Origin: Acidilobus sp.
GTDB taxonomy: Archaea; Thermoproteota; Thermoprotei_A; Sulfolobales; Acidilobaceae
Assembly (NCBI GenBank): GCA_049974445.1
Contig: JBMFIT010000002.1
Coordinates: 1 to 55,219, forward strand
DNA length: 55,219 bases
Reading direction: 5' to 3'
Made by a program: the position numbers and the translations under genes. The notes below the pieces were generated by a model that worked only from the letters and a program-made list of their open reading frames with translations, made no database searches and had not been told where the DNA came from. This document shows, one piece after another, positions 37,826 to 47,804 of this stretch; positions within the stretch are counted from its first letter, which is position 1, and each line of letters opens with the position of its first letter.

Positions 37826-40227
37826 CTGTGACGCCCCTTCGCTGGACTCGTGGGGACAGTGGATGCCGACTTAATATTTGAGGTTCTGTTCAGTACTGTC
37901 AGTAGGGCCATCAACGTAAAGACGAGGCAGGCTAGGGAATACGAAGGGTCCATGTGACCCATAGCGGTAAGCGCGCTAAGTGATGTAATTGGCAGGAGCC
38001 AGGAAGGGAGGGAACGATCTTTGATAAAGAAGGCCATTAGGGGCGGGACTATGAACGCCATAACCTCAGATATCCCTAACAGCAACTGTAACGTGCCTAC
38101 CTCAAGGTAGACGTTGAGGTACTTTGGCGCCTCTTCAACGAAGGTGACCACATAACTACCTCTGAGAATTAGCAACAGAGGGATTGAACCCAGTATGGCC
38201 GCGGAGGAGGCCTTTCTTGAGCTTCCTTTAGCCATTATGATGGTGCCCAAGAGGCCTATTGGTGAGGCAACAGCTGCGGCTCCCTCTAGGACAGCCCTGA
38301 CGTAAGTGAACCTTTCTCTTATAAATGAGGCGACTACTAAGAGGGAAAGCGCTAGGGCGGCTGGCCATCCAGGCCTTAAGAAAACTATGGAGTCCACTGA
38401 GAGGCCCATCATCAGCATGGTTAAAGGGGATCCCTCAGATAGGACATATGCTATAACTAGCGCTGACATGACGAGCGAGGCCCAAAATGGGGACTCTGAC
38501 GACAACCATGGAACTAATGCAGTCTTTAGTTGAACGACGCCGATGGGTGGAAGCTGTGAGCTATACGGCAACGTCATGTAAGCCTGGTAAGTCATGGTCG
38601 CCACCTTTAAACTAGATGTAAATGCGTCATAGAGCCTTGGACCATGTAATGGTTCCAGCCTATTGAGGGACGTGGAAAGCGGTATTGATACATCTACCCT
38701 AGGTGACCTGGCATAAATTCTGGCGACCAGGCCTGACACAACAAGGCCAGCAACGAGTGAGGTCGGGACTGCATAGTTAAGGGTCTCCAGGGACCTTATA
38801 TAAGTCGTGAAGACAATTGATGTCGCTATGACAATCCAGGCCAGGCCGATCAATAAGCCATTTCCCTCAATTCCCATTGATGAAATGGATGCTACCAATG
38901 CGGAAATGGCGGCAATAGTTGATAACACGGATGCGGTGACGACCCTACTCTCGGATGAGAGTATCGCCTGACGGCTGACGTCATTAACGACATAATCCAC
39001 CGCCGCGACAAAGGCAAACCATAGCCAGTAGGAATACAAAGGCCTTGGATAAGCCAGAAAAGCAACGGCAGGTATTATGTAGGCAAGCCCGCCGAGATAG
39101 TCGTAGAGTGCGTACGTAAGCACCGGCGTGATGGCGACCAGTGCCGAAGCGATCACTGACAGGTAATTTCCTGGTATGACATGACCTGTCACGAAGTATA
39201 TACTGGAGACTCCTAGCCCCTCTAGGTCTAGTCTGTACCTAGCAGGCGCCATCACGTAATCTAAAAAGGATCGCCCGGCCAACGTGAAGAAGGGCAGGTT
39301 AACGGCCATAACCGTTAAGATGAAGGAGAGAAGCCCAAGCTTAACGTTCCTTACCCTCCTCCTCAGGGCAAGAGGGAAGTACACTAGCGCAGCTGCCACC
39401 GCATATTGCCTGTACGACGCCGCTAGTCCCAGCAAGGCCCCAGCGGCTACTGGGTTACCCGTGAACGAAACTGCGAGGAGAACCATGGACAGCCAACCAG
39501 ACAACGGATCGAAGACAACAGGGTCCGTGATGAAGTAAAGGAGCCCCGATACAAGGATCGGAACCAGCATCCATCTAAAGGGCCTCCTTGCCCTCAGGAA
39601 GATAACGGCAAGGACCGTGCCAAGCACTAAAGCGTCCCAGACATTGCCTGGGATCCTCATTAGTACTGCGGGCACATAGTAAAGAAACGAGAATGCCGGA
39701 TAGTCAAGTATGTCGACGATGCCCACTGACTTGGATACGAAATAGGGCGGGCCTGAGGAGTAGATGAAGGTTAACTTTGTAACTGGAGCTGCCCTGAGCA
39801 GCTGGCCTGAGTAGTTAACGAGATAGGGGTCCTCGCCAGCAATGAAGTATTTTGCCGCCGCGATTTGAATTACGTACGAGTCCTCCTTGCCGCCGTACAG
39901 GCTAAGCTTCGTCAAACCATCTACCTGGGACGCTACGAGGCCGGACACCACGACGGCCGCCAGTAGCGAGGAAGCCAGAAGGACCCTTCTCACATGCTCC
40001 TCAATGTTAAGGTTGGCTGAGATCAGCAAGAAGATACCGAGGGCAACTAGGACGAAGCCACCGATCACAGAGCAGGCAGTCGGTATGTAATAGAGCACAG
40101 GCTCGCCGTGATAATAACCGATAACAACATCAGTACCGACATAACCGTACAGCATGACCGCAAGGGCCAGCACGTTAAGGCCAGCGACTACTAATGCGAG
40201 CCGGCCCTCAGCAGCCCCCTGGTTCAA
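37648..40227 (-). CDS. Large polytopic membrane protein, GT-C (GT87/DUF2029-like) glycosyltransferase candidate
   Basis: D...AA...GEDPY, DYPA, GLAASYRQ motifs; many TM helices; 3' end overlaps the next gene by 178 nt. Confidence 0.65.
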   Translation of the reverse strand: MNQGAAEGRLALVVAGLNVLALAVMLYGYVGTDVVIGYYHGEPVLYYIPTACSVIGGFVLVALGIFLLISANLNIEEHVRRVLLASSLLAAVVVSGLVASQVDGLTKLSLYGGKEDSYVIQIAAAKYFIAGEDPYLVNYSGQLLRAAPVTKLTFIYSSGPPYFVSKSVGIVDILDYPAFSFLYYVPAVLMRIPGNVWDALVLGTVLAVIFLRARRPFRWMLVPILVSGLLYFITDPVVFDPLSGWLSMVLLAVSFTGNPVAAGALLGLAASYRQYAVAAALVYFPLALRRRVRNVKLGLLSFILTVMAVNLPFFTLAGRSFLDYVMAPARYRLDLEGLGVSSIYFVTGHVIPGNYLSVIASALVAITPVLTYALYDYLGGLAYIIPAVAFLAYPRPLYSYWLWFAFVAAVDYVVNDVSRQAILSSESRVVTASVLSTIAAISALVASISSMGIEGNGLLIGLAWIVIATSIVFTTYIRSLETLNYAVPTSLVAGLVVSGLVARIYARSPRVDVSIPLSTSLNRLEPLHGPRLYDAFTSSLKVATMTYQAYMTLPYSSQLPPIGVVQLKTALVPWLSSESPFWASLVMSALVIAYVLSEGSPLTMLMMGLSVDSIVFLRPGWPAALALSLLVVASFIRERFTYVRAVLEGAAAVASPIGLLGTIIMAKGSSRKASSAAILGSIPLLLILRGSYVVTFVEEAPKYLNVYLEVGTLQLLLGISEVMAFIVPPLMAFFIKDRSLPSWLLPITSLSALTAMGHMDPSYSLACLVFTLMALLTVLNRTSNIKSASTVPTSPAKGRHRCGDAIPTSLAQCWRKLTSAYSVASVKAYAPRYPSAPTEDMGQGEGSQLLRELLGLRLR

Positions 40228-40300
40228 GCTTCCCTAGAGATTTAACGCCCCTGGGGACATTTCTACTTAAGGCCTAAGCTAAGGGCAGAGGTTTAAGGTC

Positions 40301-41071
40301 TTGCCCAGGAAGAAGGTCGAGGAGCGCGCGATTCAGTCAAGGAAGAGGAGGACGGAGAGCAGCAGAAGGCAGCATACACAGGCCGACCTCTCACCTATCG
40401 TAAACAGCGTGACCCAACAAGTCTACGAGTCCTTTGGCCTTGATGCCTATGGCATTACGTTAGACGACGCTAAGGGGGTTATATCTGACATGGTCTACGC
40501 GATCGCAGAGAGTAGGTCGTCGAAGCTGACTGACGAGGTTGCCCTTAAGAAGGTCACTGCTGCCAAGGACAACTTAATGAAGGCACTGGCCAACGTGATC
40601 CTATCCAGGGGGACGCGACTTACCAGGGAGCAGCTGGAGTTCATAGTGAGCTACGCCCAAGAGGCCGCTGGAAAGGCAGCCCCCTACCTATATCATGAAG
40701 CCAAGAGGCTCGGGGCCGACGACATTGTCGACACGCTTAGGTCACTGTGGCTGCAATACGGAAAACCAACTCCCGTTGAGTGCCCCAGGTGTGGCTTCAG
40801 GGCCGTCACACCTGACCTGGCATGCTTGGTGTGCGGCGCCCAGCTGTCTGAGCGTGAGCTAAAGGAGCACATGGGGTTCTCGAGGCTTCTAATTGAGACC
40901 GCCAAAAGGCTTCACTCTAGGCTGGTTGAGGAGATGATCTCTGCTGGTTACGTTGTACTTAACGGTGAGATACGCCCTCCAAGCCTTGCCCCAAGGGACG
41001 GCTTCGCTATAGTTATTCACCTCAGCAGGGCTGAGAAGGACTCCCTCAGGTCGCTTATCCAGGGCACGTAG
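40301..41071 (+). CDS. Hypothetical protein with Zn ribbon
   Basis: Basic N-terminus; CPRCGF...CLVCG. Confidence 0.75.
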   Translation: MPRKKVEERAIQSRKRRTESSRRQHTQADLSPIVNSVTQQVYESFGLDAYGITLDDAKGVISDMVYAIAESRSSKLTDEVALKKVTAAKDNLMKALANVILSRGTRLTREQLEFIVSYAQEAAGKAAPYLYHEAKRLGADDIVDTLRSLWLQYGKPTPVECPRCGFRAVTPDLACLVCGAQLSERELKEHMGFSRLLIETAKRLHSRLVEEMISAGYVVLNGEIRPPSLAPRDGFAIVIHLSRAEKDSLRSLIQGT

Positions 41072-41945
41072 GGGCCCTCTGGGTCTCACCAATTTGTGCC
41101 ACTGAGAGCTCTGCTAGGCCGAGTCTACTGCAGTAGCCACAAAGGGAGCTACTTGAGGGCGCACCGCACGCCCTGCAGATATACGGCCTCCTAATCGCCT
41201 GGACAAACCTGGGCGTTATTTCAAGGGCTCCGTAGTCCCTCTCTGGTGCGCCTATGATAGAGAACAGGACTGGCTTGGTAATGATTACAGGCATACAGGC
41301 CGCCTTAAGGTCAAGCGACTCGACGTACTCTAGCGCTGCCACGGTCTCCCTCTCTATATACGCGAAGAGGTTGACTAGTTTCCTCTCCCCAACCACCAAG
41401 TGTGCCTGAGAATCGAAGGAGGCCTCAGGCTTCCCGGTGAGGAGGGCCTCGAGCAGAACTGCTGTTAAGTCAGTCCTAGCGAGGGGGAGAACTATGATGT
41501 CAGCCCCTACTATTGACGCCGCCCTCACCGCCCAGGCCCTATCGTACCTAATGCAGGAGATCACGTCGGCGGTAGATGGCGGCGGGGGTGAGATCCTGAA
41601 CCTAAGCACGCTTAGGTTTGCGGGCTTGTTCTTTAACTCAGGAGTCTCGTAAAAGGAGGGGACGGCTAGGAAAACCGAAGAGGGGAACCTCCTCTCTATG
41701 CGGGCGAGTATAAGGGACGCCAGGAGGCTGGCAGAGGGAGCGAACGAGGAAATGGGGACAAGGAAGCGGGACCTCGGAGTCGGCCTTGCCATAGATAGGA
41801 TCTTAGAAGATGAGCTAGAGACCTCGTCCCAGATGCATCTCACACACAAGGCCTCACCGCTTGACACCCTCAAATATACGGCTGGCCTCCTTCCACACCT
41901 GGAACACAGTGGTGCTGGCAGACCCCCAGTGCCGGTGTGCGTCAT
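41055..41945 (-). CDS. Degenerate TtuA/Ncs6-like (PP-loop superfamily) Zn-finger protein
   Basis: N-terminal CSRC...CVRC and C-terminal CRAC...CGYC fingers; A..VGADII segment; PP-loop motif absent; ATG at 41945 preferred over 42125. Confidence 0.6.
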   Translation of the reverse strand: MTHTGTGGLPAPLCSRCGRRPAVYLRVSSGEALCVRCIWDEVSSSSSKILSMARPTPRSRFLVPISSFAPSASLLASLILARIERRFPSSVFLAVPSFYETPELKNKPANLSVLRFRISPPPPSTADVISCIRYDRAWAVRAASIVGADIIVLPLARTDLTAVLLEALLTGKPEASFDSQAHLVVGERKLVNLFAYIERETVAALEYVESLDLKAACMPVIITKPVLFSIIGAPERDYGALEITPRFVQAIRRPYICRACGAPSSSSLCGYCSRLGLAELSVAQIGETQRAPTCPG

Positions 41946-42187
41946 ACGATTCCGCTGATCTCTGTTAGGGTAATTAATTCGGATTGCCTCATATAGCGCC
42001 GGTGAAGTAGTATCGCTGGTACCTGCGGTGCTCTTACAGCTATTGCCAGTATTACCGTGGACCCTATTGTCGACCAGAGATTCCATTAAGTATGATAAGA
42101 GAGTCAACCCCTCTTTTGTCCACATGAAGGCGACCTCCTACTATATGGAGGAGTTGGGAGAAGGCCCCTGTCTGGCCTATACCTCCC

Positions 42188-45163
42188 TTGCCGAAGGGGG
42201 TGTCCGATAATTTGTCGTCCGAGGCTAGACAGCTCGAGCTCATGAAGGAGTCACTGACGAGGCCGGAGGCGGAGCAGGAGGCGAAGAGGCTGTTACTCTC
42301 AGAGATCTATCAACAGGTGCTTCAGACTTTTCCTGAGTCCAAGGGGAGGGCCCCTAATGAGGGCCTCCTGGCCCCACTCCCCTCCTGCGTTGAAAGGGGC
42401 CTGTGTGAGGACGACCTCAGGTTCTCCTATAACGCCATAAGAGTTCTCATGAGCAGGTACATGACCAAGGACCTCAGGGGCAGGTTCCTTGAGACCCCCT
42501 CAATGGTTATGATGAGAGTAGCAAGGGGCTTCAGCCCCAGGGTGGACCCAGAGGCGCTGTACAAGGCGCTCGTTGACGGCAGGTTCGTGTTCAACTCTCC
42601 TACCCTCTTCAACATGTACGCCGACGGCGCAAAGGGGGCCCTTAGCGCGTGCTATGTCACCCCAGTCCACGACGATATGAGGGGCATCATGGATGGAGTC
42701 ACTGTGCAGGTCATGACGTTCAAGTATGGGGGAGGTGAGGGCTTTAGCTTCTCGGAGCTGAGGCCTAGAGGTGATGTCGTTGCGGGGACTAGTGGTGTTG
42801 CTAGCGGGCCGCTCAGCTTCATGAGACTCTATGACGTAGCCACAGATGTTGTTAAGCAGGGGGGCAAGAGGAGGGGGGCCAACATGGGTATAGTCCATGA
42901 CTGGCACCCTGACCTCTACGACCCCACCTTCGACCCCTGGAAGGCTCTCTCTTCCACCTTGCCTCCTCAGGTAGTGTCCCTGCTAGATCAATTTAAGAGA
43001 ACGCTTGAGCAGCTTCAGAAGGACGGATACTATGAGGTTCATGGGGACACGCTTGAGGCCTTAAAGAGGGTCCTGGAAGGTGGCCTTAGCCCCGAGGACG
43101 CAGGCTTCATACAGGCCAAGAGGGCCCCGCTCAGCGACGCCTTCCTCACAAACTTCAACATAAGCGTGGGCATGCACGACGCCTTCATGGAAGCCGTAGT
43201 AGAGGGTTCAGAGTGGTGGATGGTTAACCCAAGGTATAGCGACAGAGGCGACGGCGTCTACAGGCTCCACTACTCGATCTCAAGGGCAACCGGGGAGGGC
43301 AGGACGTTGAGGCTAATGATTGAAGGGAGGCTGCCTTTGACGCCGTACATGAACGTCCTGGAGGACTTAGTTAGGGAGGCGAAGCAGAGGATACCCCAGG
43401 ACGTGGATACCTCGCGGAGGAATCCGCACGGCTGGCACTACCCAGCCAGGAAGCTATGGGAGGAGATTGTGAGAGGCGCATGGGAGGGAGGCGACCCAGG
43501 CCTCTTCTTCCTTGATAACCACAACAAGTGGGTTCCAACGCCGTGGCTGGGCGCCGTCTCCGCCACCAACCCGTGCGGTGAGGAGCCTCTTTACCCCTAT
43601 GAGAGCTGTAACCTAGGCTCCATATCACTTGACAAGTATGTGAATGAAGGCAGGTTTAACGTCGAGGCGTTCGTCCATGACGTTGACCTGGCCGTGGACG
43701 GACTTGACGCGGTTATCGACTACAACAAGCAGCCAGATCACAGGCAAGACCTGGTCAATAAGTTCACTAGAAAGGTTGGCCTGGGAGTCATGGGCCTCGC
43801 TTCAGCTTTAGCTAGGCTTAACCTGCCGTATGATAGCGATGAGGCCGTCGCCTTTACACTTGCTGTCACGGCGCTCCTGGAGGCGGAGGCCTGGAAGAGG
43901 AGCTGGGAGCTGGGCGCAAAATTGGGTCACGCACCTGCTTACGAGTGCAAGAGGTTTAACTGGAGCTCTCTTAGGTGTGTTGAGAAGGCTGAGCCCGAGG
44001 AGACCCTCGAGCTCCTGACGCCAGCCCTGTTAAAGGCCTCAGAGGTTGCCAGGTTGGAAGAGGACTTCCTCGTGGCTAAGTACCACGATGCGAGGCTCAC
44101 GGACTACGTCATGGGCCAGCTGGAGGGGGAGACCGCCAAGAGGGTCAGACCTGATGGGTCGGTCGTACTGGTCAGGAGGGAGGCCCTAGAGAGTGTGCTG
44201 GCTAACATATTTGACGTTACCCCAGAACTCCTTAATGATGCACTGAAGATGCCACCGCAGGAGCTTGTGAGGAGTCCAAGGCATCTTCTAGTCATGGCCG
44301 TCTACGCGCCCAGAAGGCTGTGGGAAGCGCTGAAAGCCTATGGTAGGTCTTTGGGGGCAAGGGCGCCAAGGCACACCGCTGTAAACACCGTAGCGCCCAC
44401 AGGGACCATCAGTATCATAGCCGGTACAACGAGCGGAATCGAGCCCTACTTCGCCCTAGTCTATCTCAGAAAGGTCCTTGTCGGTGAGCTCTGGGAGGTC
44501 GCGAGGGAGTTCAGGGATAAGTTGATGGATCTCGTAAAGAGGACTGGGGCCCCTCAGGACGTTGTTGAGGCTATACTCGCTGCCATATCGCGCCACAAGG
44601 GGAGCTTGAGGTGGGCAATGGAGGACGTTGAGAAGGTAGCCAGGCAGATGGGAGTGATCAATCAAGACGGCAAGCTGGTCAGGGCCGGCTGGGACGTGGA
44701 GGGCCTCATAGCCGGCCTTAAGGACATGGCTAGGCTCTTCCCAATGGCGATGGACTTCGACGTATGGTATCACATAGCACATCAGGCGGCCGCTCAGCTC
44801 TACACGGACCAGTCAATCAGCAAAACGGTGAACCTATCGAGGGAGGCCTCCGTTAACTCTGTAGCCACGGCCTACTTGGCCGCGTGGCTCAGCGGGCTGA
44901 AGGGAATTACCGTGTACAGGGACGAGAGCAAGGGGGCCCAGGTGATATACTTCGGCGGCGAGCAGAGGCAGATCTCACAGCTGCCCATCAAGCTCGTCAG
45001 GAGGCAGGCGGGCCTAAGGATGGCTATCGTAAGGAGGGAGATAGCGGTGGAAGAGGCCACCTCGGACGCTAAGGTCGCCTCTTTATTCAAGCTGAAGTCA
45101 GAGGGAGGCGTTGTAACCGTGGAGTCTGACGAGAACAGCACATGTAAGACGTGCAACATCTAA
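42188..45163 (+). CDS. nrdJ: Class II (adenosylcobalamin-dependent) ribonucleotide reductase
   Basis: [61 protein letters not shown], terminal CxxC; no intein motifs seen. Confidence 0.95.
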   Translation: MPKGVSDNLSSEARQLELMKESLTRPEAEQEAKRLLLSEIYQQVLQTFPESKGRAPNEGLLAPLPSCVERGLCEDDLRFSYNAIRVLMSRYMTKDLRGRFLETPSMVMMRVARGFSPRVDPEALYKALVDGRFVFNSPTLFNMYADGAKGALSACYVTPVHDDMRGIMDGVTVQVMTFKYGGGEGFSFSELRPRGDVVAGTSGVASGPLSFMRLYDVATDVVKQGGKRRGANMGIVHDWHPDLYDPTFDPWKALSSTLPPQVVSLLDQFKRTLEQLQKDGYYEVHGDTLEALKRVLEGGLSPEDAGFIQAKRAPLSDAFLTNFNISVGMHDAFMEAVVEGSEWWMVNPRYSDRGDGVYRLHYSISRATGEGRTLRLMIEGRLPLTPYMNVLEDLVREAKQRIPQDVDTSRRNPHGWHYPARKLWEEIVRGAWEGGDPGLFFLDNHNKWVPTPWLGAVSATNPCGEEPLYPYESCNLGSISLDKYVNEGRFNVEAFVHDVDLAVDGLDAVIDYNKQPDHRQDLVNKFTRKVGLGVMGLASALARLNLPYDSDEAVAFTLAVTALLEAEAWKRSWELGAKLGHAPAYECKRFNWSSLRCVEKAEPEETLELLTPALLKASEVARLEEDFLVAKYHDARLTDYVMGQLEGETAKRVRPDGSVVLVRREALESVLANIFDVTPELLNDALKMPPQELVRSPRHLLVMAVYAPRRLWEALKAYGRSLGARAPRHTAVNTVAPTGTISIIAGTTSGIEPYFALVYLRKVLVGELWEVAREFRDKLMDLVKRTGAPQDVVEAILAAISRHKGSLRWAMEDVEKVARQMGVINQDGKLVRAGWDVEGLIAGLKDMARLFPMAMDFDVWYHIAHQAAAQLYTDQSISKTVNLSREASVNSVATAYLAAWLSGLKGITVYRDESKGAQVIYFGGEQRQISQLPIKLVRRQAGLRMAIVRREIAVEEATSDAKVASLFKLKSEGGVVTVESDENSTCKTCNI

Positions 45164-45238
45164 AGTTCCATTGCCGAAGTCGACAATGGTGACTTAAGGG
45201 TTTAAACCTACTTCTATGCTGTCCATGAGGGATGTAGA

Positions 45239-45757
45239 ACGAGGCCGCTTAAGGCAGGCCTTGTAGTAATTACGATACTCCTTGTCTTCCTCGTTAGCAC
45301 CTTCATTGCTACCCTCTACCTTCACCCGTCGTCTCCGACACCACTTACGGTCGTTGTCGTTGACGGCAGGAGCATGCTTCCTACTCTACAGTCGGGGGAC
45401 CTGGTATTCGTCGTCAAGGTACCACCCTCGGACATACGGGTTGGGGACGTGATAGTCTATAGGTTCACTGGTAACTTTTACGGTATCCCCCTGAATAACG
45501 TCTTAATAATACACAGAGTCATCGACATCTATTATCATAATGGAACCCTATGCTTTGTGACAAAGGGTGACAATAATCAGCTCCCAGACCCCGGCTACCC
45601 AAGCTACTGCGGCTACGTTTCGCTGTACGGCACAGATGTCTCAGGGGTCCCGTACTGGTTCATCCTGGGTAAGGTTATTGGAGGCAGGACGCCATTTACA
45701 ATACCATACGTTGGGGCGCTATCGTTGATAATGAGGCCTCAACAGGGGGTCACTTGA
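45239..45757 (+). CDS. sec11: Signal peptidase I (Sec11 type); N-terminus lacks a canonical start
   Basis: In-frame upstream of the ORF-track ATG lie a TM anchor and the catalytic GRSM(LPT); also GDVIVY, IIHRV, TKGDNN, IPYVG. Confidence 0.85.
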   Translation, partial: TRPLKAGLVVITILLVFLVSTFIATLYLHPSSPTPLTVVVVDGRSMLPTLQSGDLVFVVKVPPSDIRVGDVIVYRFTGNFYGIPLNNVLIIHRVIDIYYHNGTLCFVTKGDNNQLPDPGYPSYCGYVSLYGTDVSGVPYWFILGKVIGGRTPFTIPYVGALSLIMRPQQGVT

Positions 45758-47774
45758 GACCCTTTAGCATATAGTCTGCTACCTCGCGGACCCACCTTCC
45801 AGCAGGCCTCCTCTTAGCAAGGGTTCGCAGCACCCCATACCTGTCGCTTCCAAGCCTTGCCTGAAGCTGTGACATGTTTCTCTCTATCTCGCGCAGAGCT
45901 GCTAAGTGAAGCTCGCACAGGTCACCGTCAGCAGGCCTCCCACATATGTGGCAGCTTTTACGTGGTTTCAGCGATCCAGCCTGCTCGGCAAGGCTCCTAC
46001 CTATCTGGTCCACCAGGCCCATGTACTTGTTAACGAGACTGGCGACGTACTTTTTCGCATCGGAAACTACCTCGTCCCTTGACAGCTTTCCGTCGACTAT
46101 TAGCTCAAGCTTCCTTTCGAACTCCCTCGTCAGGTCAACAGAGACGAGCTCTGAGGCCATAGAGCTTAAGGCCTTATAAACCGCATAGCCAAGGTCTGTG
46201 ACCTCAAGACCCCCTCCCTTGACCTGGAGGAAGCCTCTCTTCAGTAGCGTCTCAATAATCTTTGCCCTGGTGCCCTTCGTACCCAGACCGTTCGACTCCA
46301 TCCACTGAAGTAGGGAGAGTCTTGAGAGCCTTGTTGTTGAAGAGGGCCAGACGACCCTCACCGAGACCCCGAGAACTGCGACTCTAGCATTTTTCTCAAG
46401 GCGTGGGAGCGTTACCTCCTCTATTCCAACAAATGGATAGTAGTGAATCCATCCCTCCTTGAGTATAACGACCCCATGAGCTGTCCAGGCCCTCCCTTGT
46501 GAGTCCATAAGAACAGCCTTAGACTTGCCAAAGACGGCGGCGGGGGCGAAGGCAGCCATGAACCTCCTGACTATGAGATCGTAGACGGCCTTGTGATACT
46601 TATCAAGGGGCTCAGATGGCGCTTCGCCAGTAGGGTAAATGGCTGGATGAGCGGGGTCTGTCCTCCTCCCCTCCACCGGCCTCAGCAGACCCCTTGTCTC
46701 CATGAGTAGGTTAGAGACCAGACCTGTGTAGTCTCTCTGCCTCGCGAGTGAACGAAGGATGCCGTGATAGTCGAGGTCGCGAGGCAGTCTCTGGCTCTCT
46801 GTCCTAGGGTAGCTTATCAGTGCGGAGAGGTAGAGGTCCTCAGCTATCCCCTGCGTCCTATAAGGCGAGAGCCCGTAGATCCTCGTTACCTCCTCCTGAA
46901 GGTCGGTGAGGTTGAATGGTGAGGGCGGGTTGACTACATCCTCCTCCTGGCTGAAACGCAAGACAGTCATGTAGCCTGTCGACCTCACTTCCTGCGCTAC
47001 TTTTAGCGCCTCATCCCGATCCCTTGGTCCCCACCCTTCTGGCCTGGCCTTAAACCTCTGACCCGCGTAACTCAGCTCCACAGCAATGCTTACTGAGGGT
47101 ACAGGGACGTAGGAGTTCCTGGTAATCCATCTCCTGACAGCCTCCGCAAGCGTGGGGGTTTGCACCCTCCCCGCACTAAGCGAGGCCCTCTCGCCGACGG
47201 CTCTTGAATATGACCTCATTAAGAGCCTAGAGAAATTTATGCCCCAAAGCCAGTCCAGTTCAGCCCTCGCTATGCCAGCCATTGCGTTATTGACGTCAAG
47301 CGGTAGAAGGTTTGAGAAGGCCTTCCTCAGCTCGCCCTCTGTGAGTGATGAGAACTTAGCCCTCCTAGCCTTCTCTAGGGTTCCGAAAGCCTGTATTATC
47401 TTGTAACAGATAGTGCTGCCCTCTATATCATAATCACACGCACTTACGTAGGCGGAGGCCGCAGGGAGAATCTTAGCAAGTACCTCGTAATAGGCCTTGA
47501 GGTGCCTGGATCTGTACTCAAAAGCCCATAGGGGCTCCCACCTAAGGTCAGTGACCGGTAAGCCCTTGACTAACGTAGTTGGCCCAAACATGTGGCCAGC
47601 GCTGCTAACTACAACCATGAGCTGTCCATTACTCGTAAGAATGTACACTGGAACCCCGTTAATGCGGCAGATGCTAGGTTGGCCTAGGGCGTTGGCTATC
47701 CTGGCGGCGGCCTTAGGTTTCTCAGCTATGATGACAACGTATTGCCCATATGGCCTGCAGGCGTGTGGAGGCAT
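45750..47774 (-). CDS. topA: Type IA DNA topoisomerase
   Basis: IAEKP, AGH, DYDIEG, SAGRVQTP, catalytic SYPRT, AHPAIYPT, GLGTKGTR; start 47774 or 47789. Confidence 0.96.
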   Translation of the reverse strand: MPPHACRPYGQYVVIIAEKPKAAARIANALGQPSICRINGVPVYILTSNGQLMVVVSSAGHMFGPTTLVKGLPVTDLRWEPLWAFEYRSRHLKAYYEVLAKILPAASAYVSACDYDIEGSTICYKIIQAFGTLEKARRAKFSSLTEGELRKAFSNLLPLDVNNAMAGIARAELDWLWGINFSRLLMRSYSRAVGERASLSAGRVQTPTLAEAVRRWITRNSYVPVPSVSIAVELSYAGQRFKARPEGWGPRDRDEALKVAQEVRSTGYMTVLRFSQEEDVVNPPSPFNLTDLQEEVTRIYGLSPYRTQGIAEDLYLSALISYPRTESQRLPRDLDYHGILRSLARQRDYTGLVSNLLMETRGLLRPVEGRRTDPAHPAIYPTGEAPSEPLDKYHKAVYDLIVRRFMAAFAPAAVFGKSKAVLMDSQGRAWTAHGVVILKEGWIHYYPFVGIEEVTLPRLEKNARVAVLGVSVRVVWPSSTTRLSRLSLLQWMESNGLGTKGTRAKIIETLLKRGFLQVKGGGLEVTDLGYAVYKALSSMASELVSVDLTREFERKLELIVDGKLSRDEVVSDAKKYVASLVNKYMGLVDQIGRSLAEQAGSLKPRKSCHICGRPADGDLCELHLAALREIERNMSQLQARLGSDRYGVLRTLAKRRPAGRWVREVADYMLKGLK

Positions 47775-47804
47775 GCTCCCTGCTTTCACGTAACCGGAAG
47801 AGGA

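Noticed and set aside
36343-40300. Integrated virus or plasmid at tRNA-Glu
   Set aside because: No integrase fragment, no duplicated tRNA 3' end and no viral genes seen.
41946-42125. N-terminal 60-aa extension of ORF 41055..42125
   Set aside because: It crosses an AT-rich promoter-like spacer; the Zn finger begins just after ATG 41945.
42188-45163. Inteins in nrdJ (also checked radA, atpA, topA and lhr)
   Set aside because: No splice-junction motifs or endonuclease blocks; the usual insertion sites are uninterrupted.
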